Source of the DNA: Gemmatimonadota bacterium
GTDB taxonomy: Bacteria; Gemmatimonadota; Gemmatimonadetes; Palauibacterales; Palauibacteraceae
Length of the DNA: 64,000 nt
Assembly (NCBI GenBank): GCA_963666735.1
Contig: OY762926.1
Location: forward strand, 1-64,000
Reading direction: 5' to 3'
Part shown: positions 20,127-30,900 of the stretch, in pieces
How the letters are laid out: every line of letters begins with the position of its first letter
How positions within the stretch are numbered: the stretch's first letter is position 1
Notes under the pieces: model-generated
What the model saw: the letters and a program-made list of their open reading frames with translations, nothing else
What the model was told of the DNA's origin: nothing
Database searches by the model: none
Translations under genes and position numbers: made by a program

Positions 20127-20544
20127 CGTCCTCCCGGTCGATCAGGTCGGCGAGCGCCCTGGCGTCGACGATGAAATCCGGCAGCAGCTTCAGCGTGGCC
20201 TCCGCGAAGCCCTCGCCGTAATCGTGCGCCGTGTCGCTCCGGTTGTCGCGGTAGCGCAGCCACCGTTCGACCGCGTCGCAGTCCATGAGGTCGTGGCGGG
20301 CCGCGTGGCGGAACAGATCCTTGAAGTGCAGGCGGTCCGCCTGGCGGTTGCTCGCGAACCACGCGGCGAGCCGCTTCCGCAGCAACTTTCCGCTCTGCTC
20401 GAGGACGAGTTCGAACCCCTTGACGCAGGCGGCGCGGTAGAGGTCGTACATGACATCTTCCCGGTCCGCCTGCGTTTCGATTCCCTCGGCCGCCCGCTCG
20501 AGTGAAGCGATGCAGCGGCGCAGGAAGGTGGTGTCGATGCTCAT
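20119..20544 (-). CDS. HEPN / nucleotidyltransferase substrate-binding protein (HI0074 family) toxin
   Basis: FELVLEQSGKLL, FKDLFR.A, R-X4-H motif RSDTAHDY. Confidence 0.87.
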   Translation of the reverse strand: MSIDTTFLRRCIASLERAAEGIETQADREDVMYDLYRAACVKGFELVLEQSGKLLRKRLAAWFASNRQADRLHFKDLFRHAARHDLMDCDAVERWLRYRDNRSDTAHDYGEGFAEATLKLLPDFIVDARALADLIDREDDA

Positions 20545-20688
20545 GTCGCGCCGGTATCGGTCTTGGTGTTTGCCATCGCCGTCTTCGGTTCCATCGCGCG
20601 TCGGCCGGGTCCACTCCGCAGTCTCAAGTTGCCGCCAAGATACGATATGCGCCGTGCCCCCATGCACTTGTCCGGCAAGACCGCGGAT

Positions 20689-20902
20689 TCAGGCGTTGGG
20701 GCCGTCTTCCAGCAGCGTCAGGAGGAGCCCCAGGCAAGCGAAGCACAGGATGACCCCGACGAGGGCCGTGTAGCCGTCCCCAGCCCGGCCCGTACCAGGC
20801 CAGCGCTCCACCCAGGAGCGCCCCCACGATGCAGGTGCCGAACGCGATGCGGTACCATCTCGGCCAATACTTCGGCCGGAACCTGTCGGACCACCTGTAC
20901 AT
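20689..20902 (-). pseudogene. Small two-TM membrane protein, frameshifted
   Basis: GGAGG RBS, MYRWSDRF...first TM; a second TM (YTALVGVILCFACLGLLLTLL) continues in another frame after a G-run near 20780. Confidence 0.4.
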
Positions 20903-21119
20903 AGCGCCCACGTCCTCCGAGGGTTTCGCTTCGTTAGAATCGTTGCACAACGAATTAATGTTCCTACAAATTCGGGATCAAGAACGGTTCCCGAGCGGAG
21001 AGCGTGTGTACACAGCCTCGCGGTGCTTCCGAAAGCTGACGGGGGATGAGGTCTCCGGGAAGGCCGCCGGCTTGTGGGCGGCGCGCGTGCGGGAAGGCGA
21101 GCGGCTAGATTCTCCGCAC

Positions 21120-23135
21120 ATGAGCAGACCGTCCAGCGATCGATTGCGGGAGGAACTCGACTTCCTCCAGCCGTACTTCCTCGGGCCCTCGGGGGAGAAT
21201 GACCGGTGGCTCGAGGAGTTGATCGTCGAGTTCGTGCGCGATCACGCCTTCTGGCGCCGCAACTTCCACCCCGAGGACGGCCACCGGATCACCGCGGCGG
21301 CCGCCTACCGCCCGGATTTCCTGCAGGCGAAGGCCCGCACCCGGCAGGCCCTGATCCGCCTGTCCGGAGAGCTCAAGCAATCCGTTCCCATCTTCCACCC
21401 GCGGTACGTGGGGCACATGAGTTCGGATCTGCTCATCCCCGGTCTCGTGGCGCGGATCCTCACCACCCTCTACAACCCGAACAACGTGAGCGAGGAGGCC
21501 GCGCCGGTCACGCTCACCCATGAACTCGAAGCCGGCCGGGATCTCGCTGCCATGTTCGGCTTCAACGTCGACCCCTCGGTTCAGCCCTGCGCCTGGGGTC
21601 ACCTGACGTCGGGCGGCACGCTGGCCAACTACGAGGCGCTGTGGAACTTCCGCGCCGTGAAGTTCTACGGCGTCGCCCTGCAGGAGGGGGTGAGGCGGAC
21701 GGCACTCGCGACCGGACCCATAGGACCCGTCGGACCGCTGCGGAAGGAGTTGGCGGAGTACGGCAAGTGGGAACTCGTCAACCTGAGCATCGGTCAGACG
21801 ATCGGCCTGCGGCGCGAGATCGCGGAGGCCGTGCGCGGCCAGGATCCGGCGGCATTCACGCGCTTCCGGCGGGCCGTGAGACGCGAACGCATCGAGACGG
21901 CCGGCATCCAGGAGTTCTTCGCCCGGCACCCGGAACTGCGTCCGCCGAGGGTGCTCGTCGCGGCGTCCGCCCACTACTCCTGGGAGAAGGGGATGAAGGT
22001 GATGGGCCTGGGGACCGCGCAGCTGGTCAAGGTCGCGGTGGACGACCACATGCGCCTCGACCCGGACCACCTGGAGGCGTGCCTGGCGGATGCCTTCGAG
22101 AGCCGCACGCCGGTGCTGGGCGTGGTCGGCGTGCTCGGCACCACGGAGTTCGGCACCGTCGATCCGATCCACGAGATCATCGCGGCGCGCCGGCGCTGGA
22201 ACGAGCGCGGCGCGGACTTCTTCGTGCACGTCGACGCGGCCTGGGGCGGGTACCTCGCGAGCGTGTTCCGGGACCCCGATGGCGGCTGCCTGCCGCGCGA
22301 GGAGATCCGGAAGGACTTCCGGCACTTTCCCTCGCGCATGGTCTACCGGGCCTTCACCTCCGTGAAGCACGCCGACTCGGTGACGATCGATCCCCACAAG
22401 CTCGGGTTCCTGCCCTACGCGGCCGGGGCGTTCGTGGCGCGCGACCGGGAGGTGGTGGACTTCATCGCGCAGCAGGCCGCCTACGTGTTCGACCTCGGCG
22501 ACGTCGAGGACGAGGTCCCGCGCGAGCAACAGCTCCGCAACTTGGGCCAGTACATTCTGGAGGGCTCGAAACCGGGGGCGGCGGCCGCCTCGGTGGCCGT
22601 GGCCCACGAAGTCCTGCCGCTGCACGGCGAGGGGCTGGGGCGCATCCTGCGTCACACCATCCGAGCCTGCGAGTACTTCTACGAGTCGGCCCGCGAAGCC
22701 GCCGAGCGGCTGGAAGACCGCGTGCGGCTGATCGTCCCCTTCGAGCCCGACTCCAACCTCGTCTGCCTCGCGCTCAACCGGAACGGCAACCGGAGCCTGG
22801 CGCGCATGAACCGCTTCGCCCGCCGCGTGTTCGCCCGCATGAGAGTGGACGCCGACCGGCCGGTGCAGGACGCGCGTTTCATCGGGTCGTACACGTCGCT
22901 GCGCCGGGACGGCGGGGAAGACGAACAGTGCGGCCGCATCCTGCGCGAGCTGGGCATCGACCCGGCCACGTTCGTCGCCGTCCCGGCCCGGCCCGGGGAG
23001 GACGCGGACCACATCTTCATCCTGCGGCACACGCTGATGAACCCGTTCCTGATGGACGGCCCGGGCGAACGCAGCTACATCGACATGTACTGGGATTTCC
23101 TGGAAGAAGCCATCGACGCGGCGCTGGCGGAGTGA
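21120..23135 (+). CDS. Group II PLP-dependent decarboxylase (tyrosine decarboxylase-like)
   Basis: PRYVGHM, YNPNNV, WGHLTSGGTLANYEALW, HYSW, HVDAAWGGY, DPHK (PLP Lys), LEGSKPG. Confidence 0.92.
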   Translation: MSRPSSDRLREELDFLQPYFLGPSGENDRWLEELIVEFVRDHAFWRRNFHPEDGHRITAAAAYRPDFLQAKARTRQALIRLSGELKQSVPIFHPRYVGHMSSDLLIPGLVARILTTLYNPNNVSEEAAPVTLTHELEAGRDLAAMFGFNVDPSVQPCAWGHLTSGGTLANYEALWNFRAVKFYGVALQEGVRRTALATGPIGPVGPLRKELAEYGKWELVNLSIGQTIGLRREIAEAVRGQDPAAFTRFRRAVRRERIETAGIQEFFARHPELRPPRVLVAASAHYSWEKGMKVMGLGTAQLVKVAVDDHMRLDPDHLEACLADAFESRTPVLGVVGVLGTTEFGTVDPIHEIIAARRRWNERGADFFVHVDAAWGGYLASVFRDPDGGCLPREEIRKDFRHFPSRMVYRAFTSVKHADSVTIDPHKLGFLPYAAGAFVARDREVVDFIAQQAAYVFDLGDVEDEVPREQQLRNLGQYILEGSKPGAAAASVAVAHEVLPLHGEGLGRILRHTIRACEYFYESAREAAERLEDRVRLIVPFEPDSNLVCLALNRNGNRSLARMNRFARRVFARMRVDADRPVQDARFIGSYTSLRRDGGEDEQCGRILRELGIDPATFVAVPARPGEDADHIFILRHTLMNPFLMDGPGERSYIDMYWDFLEEAIDAALAE

Positions 23136-23291
23136 TCAACCGCGCCCATTTGACTACCTTATGGCTTCGGCAGTTCAACCCGCCGCTGAACGGCTCGGTT
23201 TGCACCTGCGTCGAGCTCAGTCGGGGCGGCGTCAAGAGGATCAGCGGGGGCTCTGGCTCCCGGTGCCGACCCTGACGCGGTACCGCTTGGT

Positions 23292-23923
23292 TCAGCCTTC
23301 CGCTTCTCCATCGAACGGCCTGTACTCCACCAGGGCTGCCCGCCCGAAGATGTCGATGATCGTTACGGACAATTCGACGCCGAACGCGTCCGTGAGCCGG
23401 ATGGGCTTGCCCAGCCGGAAGGACACCGGCTGCTGTCGTCCCTGTTCGATTGCGATGTTGTCCGCGTACAGATAGGTCCGGTCGGACGTATCGCGTATCG
23501 GGTTCAGCCGTCCGCGCAATCCCGGGAGATGCCCGGTCGCCTTCGGGAATACCGCCGCGCCTCCGGTCGGGAGCGGAGCCAATTCCAGCACCAGACCGTC
23601 CTCGCTCGGCGTCCACTCCCGTGCCAGCCCGGCGGCATAACCGCGCGCCGCGGCGTAAACGGTCATCGGCAGGTGCGTGGTGTACAGGTCGAACTCCGCT
23701 TCACCCGCTTCATCGGTGGTCGCCCGCTGCCAGGTCTTGTTCGGGAACAGGGCCAGGACGTCGGCGTCGGCCAGCGGTTCGCCCTTCGAGTGCACGGTGA
23801 CCGTAGCGTCGGACGGCGTGAGTTCGAGCTTGGCCGCCGGGATGACCAAGGCCAGACTCGACTCATCGATGATCCTGTACTCCGGCTCGACGCCGGCGGC
23901 CTCGCGGGTCTCCGTGCGGATAA
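23292..23923 (-). pseudogene. C-terminal fragment of a probable RecG-C/HATPase_c_4-type ATP-binding protein
   Basis: IIRTETREAAGVEPEYRIIDESSLALVIPAA resembles the end of that domain; no credible start codon. Confidence 0.5.
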
Positions 23924-24031
23924 TCAGTCGTGCCGGTGGTAGTTGAGGACCATGTGGATGACGCAGCTCCCGACGAAGACGAGCACGCCCGATACGAGGA
24001 TGGGCAGCCACAGGCTGAACGCGGAAACCAC
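23924..24031 (-). pseudogene. 5' fragment of a membrane protein gene (MVSAFSLWLPILVSGVLVFVGSCVIHMVLNYHRHD*)
   Basis: GAGGAG RBS + GTG; hydrophobic N-terminus ends abruptly at the junction with the previous fragment. Confidence 0.55.
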
Positions 24032-24099
24032 GGATTCGCTCCTCTGCCGGGGGTGAGCGGCGCCGGCTCACCCGATGACGAACGCGCGGGTGGTCCGCA

Positions 24100-25821
24100 T
24101 CAGAACAGTCTGATCTTGGCGACGGAGTGGCTAAGGGGCACGGCTTGCCGACCCCGCTCCGGGCTCGGTTCCTCTACGATCTGCTTGCCGTACAGCTTGA
24201 ACCATGCCTCTCCCGCGCCGGGATCCACCTCGATGAGGGCGTAGGAGGCGCCGGTGTAGAGGGCGAGCCGGCTGAATGCGTATCCCTCCGGGGTCTCCCC
24301 GTCGTCGGCCGCGCCGAACCGCAGCGCCCAGCCCAGCGCGCGCGGCACGTGGTAGGTCACGGCGCTCGACGTCAGTTGCCAGATGCGGTGTCCGTCATCG
24401 TCGTTGATGCCGAAGACGGCCGACACGTGTACGTCGCCGCTCAGAATGCAGGGCCGCACGCCGCGCCGCGCCGCCCGAAACAGCACCTCCATGAGCGCGG
24501 CCCGTTCCTCGTCGTGCAGGCTGTGCTCCCACGAATCGCGCAGGTCGTCTCCGAGGCCCGCCTCGCGGAGCGGGAAGCTGAGGTCCGCGTTGGCCAGGGC
24601 CGACTTCGCGTGCAGCACGGGCACCGCCGAAACCACGAACACGAACGGGGTCTCTTCCGGATCGAGCGCCTCCGCCCACGCCTCGAAGCGGCGAAACTGG
24701 GCCTCGCCCAGGATGCGGAAGCCATCGCGATCGATGTCGCGGTGGCCGCGGCCATCCAGCACGTAGAAGGCCGCGCCGCCCCGGGTGAACGAGTAGTCCC
24801 ACACGCCGGCATCGGTCGGGGGGTTGTGGCTGTGCTGGTACTCCCGGTACACATCGCACGCCGCGCGGAACATGCGGCGAACCAGGCGCCGCCCGTCGTC
24901 GCGGGTCAGCCCCTTTTCCTCGAGGTCCGGGAGAATGCGCGCCAAGCCGTCGTCCGGGCCATCGTCCGGGCTATCGTCGGCGAGATAGTGCGACCCCCAG
25001 CCGTCGCCGATCTCGTGGTCGTCCCAGATCATGTAGGTCGGATAAGAGTCGAAGACGCGGCGCACGCCCTCGAAGCCCCAGTATCCCCGGTGGATGTCGC
25101 GGTACCAGCTCCGCATGGACCGCTCGTCGGGCAGCAACTCGCCCGCCTCCCGGCGCATGCCGCGGTTCAGCAGCTTCCAGATGTCCAGAGTCGCCACCCC
25201 GTCGCTGTAGCACTGGTCGCCGCCGGCGATCACCACGTCGACGCTGTCGCGGTGCCGGCCGAGCGTCGCGCCGAGGAAGTCCCAGGCATCGATGTCGCCC
25301 ACATCGGTCCGCTTCCGGAACAGCCCGCTCACGCGGTACGGCATGTGGCAGGAGAACAGCGCGATCTGGAACCGGCGCCGTTCGTCTTCCCGCGGCGGGG
25401 TGCGAAAGCTGCGCAGGCGGTTGTGTCCCAGGATCACCTTTCCGCCGTCGCCGGCCGCATGCAGCGCGTAGCCGTAGCGCGTGTCCGGCCGCAGATCGCC
25501 GATGTCCAGTACGCGCGTGGTGTCGTTGGCGTACCCGCGCACCTCGAAGGGAAGGGCGCGCAATGCGGCCAGGATGTCGCCGGTCTCCTCCGCCGACACC
25601 GGCACCCTCCCGAGCGCGGCCCGAAGCTCCGCCCGCACAGAAGAAGACTCCATCGCCTCGCCGCAATCGTAAAGCAGCAGCGTGAAGCGTCCCGGACCGC
25701 CCGTGCGCAGCCACAGCCGCACCGAATCGGGTGTCGCGTGCCCCACGATAGCGCCCACGCGCAGACGGGCGTTCGGCCACGGCCGGTCCGACTTGAAGAC
25801 GAGTGAGTCCGGTCCGTGCAC
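24100..25821 (-). CDS. PhoD-like (alkaline phosphatase D family) metallophosphoesterase
   Basis: FSCHMP, GDQCYSD, WDDHEI.DGWG, LDGRGHR, LSGDVH; start GTG 25821 inferred. Confidence 0.85.
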   Translation of the reverse strand: MHGPDSLVFKSDRPWPNARLRVGAIVGHATPDSVRLWLRTGGPGRFTLLLYDCGEAMESSSVRAELRAALGRVPVSAEETGDILAALRALPFEVRGYANDTTRVLDIGDLRPDTRYGYALHAAGDGGKVILGHNRLRSFRTPPREDERRRFQIALFSCHMPYRVSGLFRKRTDVGDIDAWDFLGATLGRHRDSVDVVIAGGDQCYSDGVATLDIWKLLNRGMRREAGELLPDERSMRSWYRDIHRGYWGFEGVRRVFDSYPTYMIWDDHEIGDGWGSHYLADDSPDDGPDDGLARILPDLEEKGLTRDDGRRLVRRMFRAACDVYREYQHSHNPPTDAGVWDYSFTRGGAAFYVLDGRGHRDIDRDGFRILGEAQFRRFEAWAEALDPEETPFVFVVSAVPVLHAKSALANADLSFPLREAGLGDDLRDSWEHSLHDEERAALMEVLFRAARRGVRPCILSGDVHVSAVFGINDDDGHRIWQLTSSAVTYHVPRALGWALRFGAADDGETPEGYAFSRLALYTGASYALIEVDPGAGEAWFKLYGKQIVEEPSPERGRQAVPLSHSVAKIRLF

Positions 25822-25823
25822 TG

Positions 25824-26399
25824 CTACTGCCCGGCGCGTTTTCGGCTGGCCTTCAGGAAATCGTCGATGAGCGCCATCAGCTCGTGGATGGTGGCCGATC
25901 CGCCGGCGATCAGCCCGGCCGTCAGGAGGATGTCGGTGAACTGGAACACGGCTTGCTGGAACGCCGACGCGGCAGCGCCGAAGTCGAAGATCGGGCCGAG
26001 GAGCCGGACGCCGGACAGCGAAACCATGATTCCGAGCGTCAGGCCGAAGAGGAGCGCCCGCCGTTGGGTGCCCGCCCTGTATTCCCGCAGCTCGCTCTCG
26101 GCCGCCGCCCTGCCGCTCTCGTCCGCGGCTTGCACTTCCTCCTCGAGGCGCGCCTTCCCGCCCTGGCGCCACGCCTTGAGCAGCACCTCGAGCGAGCGTT
26201 CGACGAACAGGGCGACGATGTAGAGGATGCCCAACTGGACGAGCGCGGTCAGAAACGGTCGTTCTCCCACGGCTACGCCGGCTGGCGTCAGGGCATCCCC
26301 CTGGACCACGACGACGATCACCAGCGCCGCGACCAGCAGCGCCACCCAGATCCGTCCGATGCGGCGTTCCATCCAGGTCCGTAAGCTGTTGCGTTCCAT
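25824..26399 (-). CDS. Hypothetical membrane protein
   Basis: Four hydrophobic segments, ALFVERSLEV and GLIAGGS..IH motifs; co-oriented with the PhoD-like gene. Confidence 0.7.
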   Translation of the reverse strand: MERNSLRTWMERRIGRIWVALLVAALVIVVVVQGDALTPAGVAVGERPFLTALVQLGILYIVALFVERSLEVLLKAWRQGGKARLEEEVQAADESGRAAAESELREYRAGTQRRALLFGLTLGIMVSLSGVRLLGPIFDFGAAASAFQQAVFQFTDILLTAGLIAGGSATIHELMALIDDFLKASRKRAGQ

Positions 26400-26697
26400 G
26401 CGCGTGCCTCCCGATCTCCCGGCCGTTTTTCCGTCAGCGGCGACGGATCATACGGTCCGATGGGCGGCGCACCAACTTTGGTGCCGCGGACGGTCGCCGC
26501 AGCGGGACGAGCGGGCGTGAAGGCAAGGTCGCCGTTACCTATCGAAGTGGCGGCGATGATTACCGCGCCCGGAATGACCGCGGGGGCCCGGTTCCCGGTG
26601 ACGCCGGCGGGTTTGCCCCCGAGCGGCGACCGTGCGAGTCTTGCCCCGCGGTGGCCCGGTGATAACTGATTCCGGCAAAGGCGAATCGCACGCCCCC

Positions 26698-29600
26698 ATG
26701 ACGCCCCAACATTCCGACGAAGCGCAAGGCTCTCTGGACATCGCCGATCCCGCGGGGGACGGCCCCGCCGACCCCTACGAGGCGTTGTCGCCGGCCGGCC
26801 GGCTGGTGGCCCAGGCGTACGGCGTGGTGAGTCCGCACGACCTCGGTCGCCGGAACATGGCCACGCTCCTGTATCACGCGCGGTTCGCCGTGCGCGGCCG
26901 CACGTTCACGCAGACGGAGTTCATGGCCGCGACGAGGGAGGTGCTCGAGGCGGGGATCGTGTACCGGCCCGGCTCCAATACCGGGCTGTCGGCCGAGCCG
27001 GCCTGGGCGCCGCGCCTGACGATCGCGGCTTTCGAAGAGGGCAACCTGGAACGGATCGAGCGGCAGTTCACCCCGGCGCCCGCCGGACGGTTTCCGCGCG
27101 TAACCGATGCCGACGACATCATGCGGCTCCGCTGCCACGCGGTCGCGGGCCGCTTCGACCAACTCGCCCGCGATCTGGAGGAACCGGAGTACCGGGATTG
27201 GAGCTGGCTCTCCTACCCCGGGGCGGAGCAGCTGCTGTGGCGGCTCCCGCCGCAATACGTGGAGGAGGCGCTGGCCGACCTGCTCGACCTCGCTATCGAT
27301 GCGGGGGTTTCCTCGGATCTGGCCGTCAACGCCTGGCGCGAGTGCTCCCGCGACCCGGCCCGGCACGCGGCGGACATCGCCTTGATCCGGGTGCTGGAGG
27401 GGCGGCCGGCGGACGCCCTCGCGGTGTTCGACGAGCTTCCGGCCGAGGCGCGCGACGGGAAGCCGGCGAGGACGGGGCGGGCGGCGACGCGCGCCCTCCT
27501 CGCGATGCTGCGCGGCGACGACGAGGAGGCAACCCGCTTCATCGCGGAGGCCGTCGCCGCCGAGAAGGCGGGTACCCGGAAGCGCAACGTCTTCCCGCCG
27601 CTGCGCGCCTTCACGCTCTCGCTCCTCGCCCTGGTGCGCTCCGACACGCCCGGCAACACGGCATCTCTCGAACGATTCCTGCGCATCGGCAGGCAGCAGG
27701 AGGTCCTGCCGCTCTTCCTGGAGTTCGTGGGCGATGCGGCGGCGGTGCGGCGCGGCGAGGGCGTGTGGGTGGCGCCGGACGGCGCCACCCCCTTCATCCT
27801 GCGGCTGTTCGAGGGTCTGCTGGGCTGCTGGGTGGACAGCTTCGAAGTGTTCGAGAAAGAAGAGCGGGCGGAGGCCCTCCTCGATTACGCGACGCTGGCC
27901 GCCTCGAACGGATACAGGTGGCTGGCGGCGGAGTGTTTCGCGGTTCTCGTCCGCATCGACCGTCTGCACGCGCGGGGCTGGGAAGCCTGGCGGGAGGTTC
28001 CGGAGCTGGAGGCCGAACTGCGCGCGGGTCTCGGCCCGGAGACCCTCGTCTCGCTGATCGAACCCGCCGAGGACTGGGAGTACCCGCTGAGGGAAATCGA
28101 GAAGGTGGCCCGGGGCGTGCGGAAGAAGCGCGGCAAGGCGGGGAAGCGGTCGAGTCCCCGCGCACAGCGTCTGGTCTGGGTTCTCGGGTCGGGTCCCTTC
28201 GGCGAAACGACCTTCCAGCCTCGCCAGCAGGTGGCCGCCAGGAACGGCAAATGGAGCAAGGGCCGGGCGGTGGCGCTGAAGCGTCTCGCCGAGCAGGCGG
28301 GAGAGATGGATTTCCTCACGGACCAGGACCGCGCGGCGGCGGCCGGGATTCGCCACTCCCGCGATCCGTGGCGCGGGGGACCGGAGTACTCCCTGGGCAT
28401 GGCCGGGGTCTACGCCTTGGCGGGACACCCCAACCTGTTCAACGAGGAGGGCGCGCGGGTCGACCTCGTCCGTCGCGACCCGGAGCTTCTCATCGAGGAG
28501 GAGGACGGACGGCTGCGCGTGCGGATCGACCCGCACCGAGAGCGCGACCACGGCGATTATCGTTTCGCGCGGACGGGCGACGCACGCTACGAGGTGACCC
28601 GCTTCGGCGCGGCCCACAAGGAGATGATGGACGTCATCCCGCCCGATGGCGTCGAACTGCCGGCCGAGGCGAGGGAGCGGCTTGTGGGCGCGGTCTCCGG
28701 TCTCGCCGGCGAGTTCCGCGTCCAGGGCACGATGGACGACGAAGCGGAGGACGAGGCGGGCGGCGCGCGCGTCCGGGCCGATGCGCGCCCGTGGGTTCGG
28801 TTGGCGCCGCGGGGGGCGGGTCTGGCGGTGGAGGTCGTGGTCGAGCCCGTCCCGGGATCCGCGCAGTACTTCACGCCCGGGACCGGCGGCACGAGTGTGT
28901 TTGCGCACCGAGAGGGCGAGGCGGTACGGGCCGAGCGCGACTTGGCGGCGGAGGCCGCGGCGGTCCGGGACCTCGCGGCCGCGTGCCCGGCGCTGGCGGG
29001 ATTGGGCCCCGACTACGCGATGACGGCGCCCGGCGTCGCGGAGAGCCTGGATCTGGTGGAGCAGCTCGCGGCGGCCGAGGCACGCTCGCTGTGGCCCGAG
29101 GGCGAGTCGTTCAGGATCGTGGCCCGCGCCGACACGCCGTCCCTTCGTCTCTCCTTCAAGTCTGCGGGCGACTGGTTCCGGGCCTCCGGCGGCATCGAGT
29201 TCGACGAGGAGACGAGCTACGACCTGCGGCGGCTGTTCGAGTTGCTGGACCGCAGCCCCGGGTCGCGCTTCCTGGAGTTGGAGGACGGCACCTATGTGGC
29301 GCTCACCGGGGCCCTGCGGAGGGCACTGGACGACCTCCGCACGTTCACGACTCCGTCCCGCGGTGCGCTGCGTCTCCATCCGCTGGCGGCGCCCGCGCTC
29401 TCGGATCTCGCGGAGCGCGCGACGCTGACGGTCGACGCGGCCTGGCGAGACCGGCTCCGAAGGTGGAGCGACGCGCAGGCCGGGGAGCCGGAGACGCCGG
29501 GCACGCTGCGCGGCGAACTCCGCCCCTACCAGGTGGAGGGGTTCCGGTGGCTGGCCCGCCTCGCGGACCTCGGGGCGGGGGCCTGCCTGGCCGACGACAT

Positions 29601-30900
29601 GGGTCTGGGGAAGACCGTGCAGGCGCTCGCGCTCCTCCTGCGCCGCGCTCCGGACGGGCCGGCGCTCGTCGTGGCTCCGACATCCGTAGTGGCCAACTGG
29701 CTCGCCGAGGCGCGCCGCTTCGCCCCGACATTGAACGTCGCCGCGTACGGCGGACCGGCCGCCGCCAGGGCGCGGCTCCTGGAGCGCCTGGGCCCCTTCG
29801 ACCTCGTCGTGGCGACGTACGGCGTCCTGCAGGTCGATGCGGAGAAGCTGGCGGAGGTCGAATGGGGCACGGCCGTCCTCGACGAGGCGCAGGCGATCAA
29901 GAACCCGGCCACGAAGCGCGCCCGCGCCGCCCGCGGTTTGAAGGCGGCGTTCCGGCTCGTGACCACGGGGACGCCGATTCAGAACAACGTGATGGACCTG
30001 TACTCCCTGTTCGCCTTTCTGAGTCCGGGGATGCTGGGGTCGCTGAGCCGGTTCCGCCGCCGCTTCGCCGTTCCCATCGAACGCGATGGCGACGCCCGGG
30101 CGCGAGCGCGGCTGCGCCGGGTGACCGCTCCCTTCATCCTGCGGCGCCTGAAGTCCGACGTGCTCGACGACCTCCCGCCGCGCACCGAGATCACGCACCA
30201 CGTGGAGCTGTCCCCCGAGGAGGGGGCGCTGTACGAGGCGCTGCGGCAGCGCGCGCTGGAGGATCTCTCCGCCCAGGCCGAAGACGGCACGGCGCCGGCA
30301 CAGGCGCGGATGCAGGTGCTCGCCCACCTGACCCGGCTGCGGCTCGCCTGCTGCAATCCGGCGCTCGTGGCGCCCGGGAAGGCACCGCCCAGCTCGAAGA
30401 TGGAGGCGTTCGCCGAGATCCTCGACGACCTGCGGCGCAACGGCCACAAAGTGCTCGTTTTCTCCCAGTTCGTGCGGCACCTCCGCCTGATCGAGGACCG
30501 CCTCAAGGAGACCGGCGTCCCCTACCAGTACCTCGATGGAAGCACGCCCGCGAAGTCGCGAACCAAGCGAATCGCCGCCTTCCAGGCGGGCCGGGGCGAC
30601 GCGTTCCTGATCTCCACCCGGGCGGGCGGCGTGGGGTTGAACCTGACCGCGGCCGACTACGTGATTCACATGGACCCGTGGTGGAACCCCGCGGTCGAGG
30701 ACCAGGCGTCCGACCGCGCGCACAGGATCGGCCAGACGCGGCCCGTCACCATCTACAGACTGGTCACGAAGGGGACGATCGAGGAACAGATCGTCGATCT
30801 CCACCGCCGCAAGCGCGACCTCGCCGACCGCCTGCTCGAGGGGGCCGACGCTCCCGCCCGCCTCGATGCCGACGAACTCATCGAACTGCTGAAACGCTAG
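26698..30900 (+). CDS. SNF2-family helicase/ATPase
   Basis: LRPYQ.EG..W, LADDMGLGKT, LDEAQAIKN, TGTPIQN, LVFSQF, AGGVGLNLT.AD, DPWWNPAVEDQA.DRAHRIGQ. Confidence 0.95.
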   Translation: MTPQHSDEAQGSLDIADPAGDGPADPYEALSPAGRLVAQAYGVVSPHDLGRRNMATLLYHARFAVRGRTFTQTEFMAATREVLEAGIVYRPGSNTGLSAEPAWAPRLTIAAFEEGNLERIERQFTPAPAGRFPRVTDADDIMRLRCHAVAGRFDQLARDLEEPEYRDWSWLSYPGAEQLLWRLPPQYVEEALADLLDLAIDAGVSSDLAVNAWRECSRDPARHAADIALIRVLEGRPADALAVFDELPAEARDGKPARTGRAATRALLAMLRGDDEEATRFIAEAVAAEKAGTRKRNVFPPLRAFTLSLLALVRSDTPGNTASLERFLRIGRQQEVLPLFLEFVGDAAAVRRGEGVWVAPDGATPFILRLFEGLLGCWVDSFEVFEKEERAEALLDYATLAASNGYRWLAAECFAVLVRIDRLHARGWEAWREVPELEAELRAGLGPETLVSLIEPAEDWEYPLREIEKVARGVRKKRGKAGKRSSPRAQRLVWVLGSGPFGETTFQPRQQVAARNGKWSKGRAVALKRLAEQAGEMDFLTDQDRAAAAGIRHSRDPWRGGPEYSLGMAGVYALAGHPNLFNEEGARVDLVRRDPELLIEEEDGRLRVRIDPHRERDHGDYRFARTGDARYEVTRFGAAHKEMMDVIPPDGVELPAEARERLVGAVSGLAGEFRVQGTMDDEAEDEAGGARVRADARPWVRLAPRGAGLAVEVVVEPVPGSAQYFTPGTGGTSVFAHREGEAVRAERDLAAEAAAVRDLAAACPALAGLGPDYAMTAPGVAESLDLVEQLAAAEARSLWPEGESFRIVARADTPSLRLSFKSAGDWFRASGGIEFDEETSYDLRRLFELLDRSPGSRFLELEDGTYVALTGALRRALDDLRTFTTPSRGALRLHPLAAPALSDLAERATLTVDAAWRDRLRRWSDAQAGEPETPGTLRGELRPYQVEGFRWLARLADLGAGACLADDMGLGKTVQALALLLRRAPDGPALVVAPTSVVANWLAEARRFAPTLNVAAYGGPAAARARLLERLGPFDLVVATYGVLQVDAEKLAEVEWGTAVLDEAQAIKNPATKRARAARGLKAAFRLVTTGTPIQNNVMDLYSLFAFLSPGMLGSLSRFRRRFAVPIERDGDARARARLRRVTAPFILRRLKSDVLDDLPPRTEITHHVELSPEEGALYEALRQRALEDLSAQAEDGTAPAQARMQVLAHLTRLRLACCNPALVAPGKAPPSSKMEAFAEILDDLRRNGHKVLVFSQFVRHLRLIEDRLKETGVPYQYLDGSTPAKSRTKRIAAFQAGRGDAFLISTRAGGVGLNLTAADYVIHMDPWWNPAVEDQASDRAHRIGQTRPVTIYRLVTKGTIEEQIVDLHRRKRDLADRLLEGADAPARLDADELIELLKR

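Noticed and set aside
20829..21119. N-terminal extension of the decarboxylase in the ORF track (also extensions of meaB, PhoD-like, mcrC, PLD and helicase ORFs)
   Set aside because: The extensions overlap neighbouring genes or lack family similarity. For the decarboxylase, the duplicated 5' scar at 35510 supports ATG 21120.
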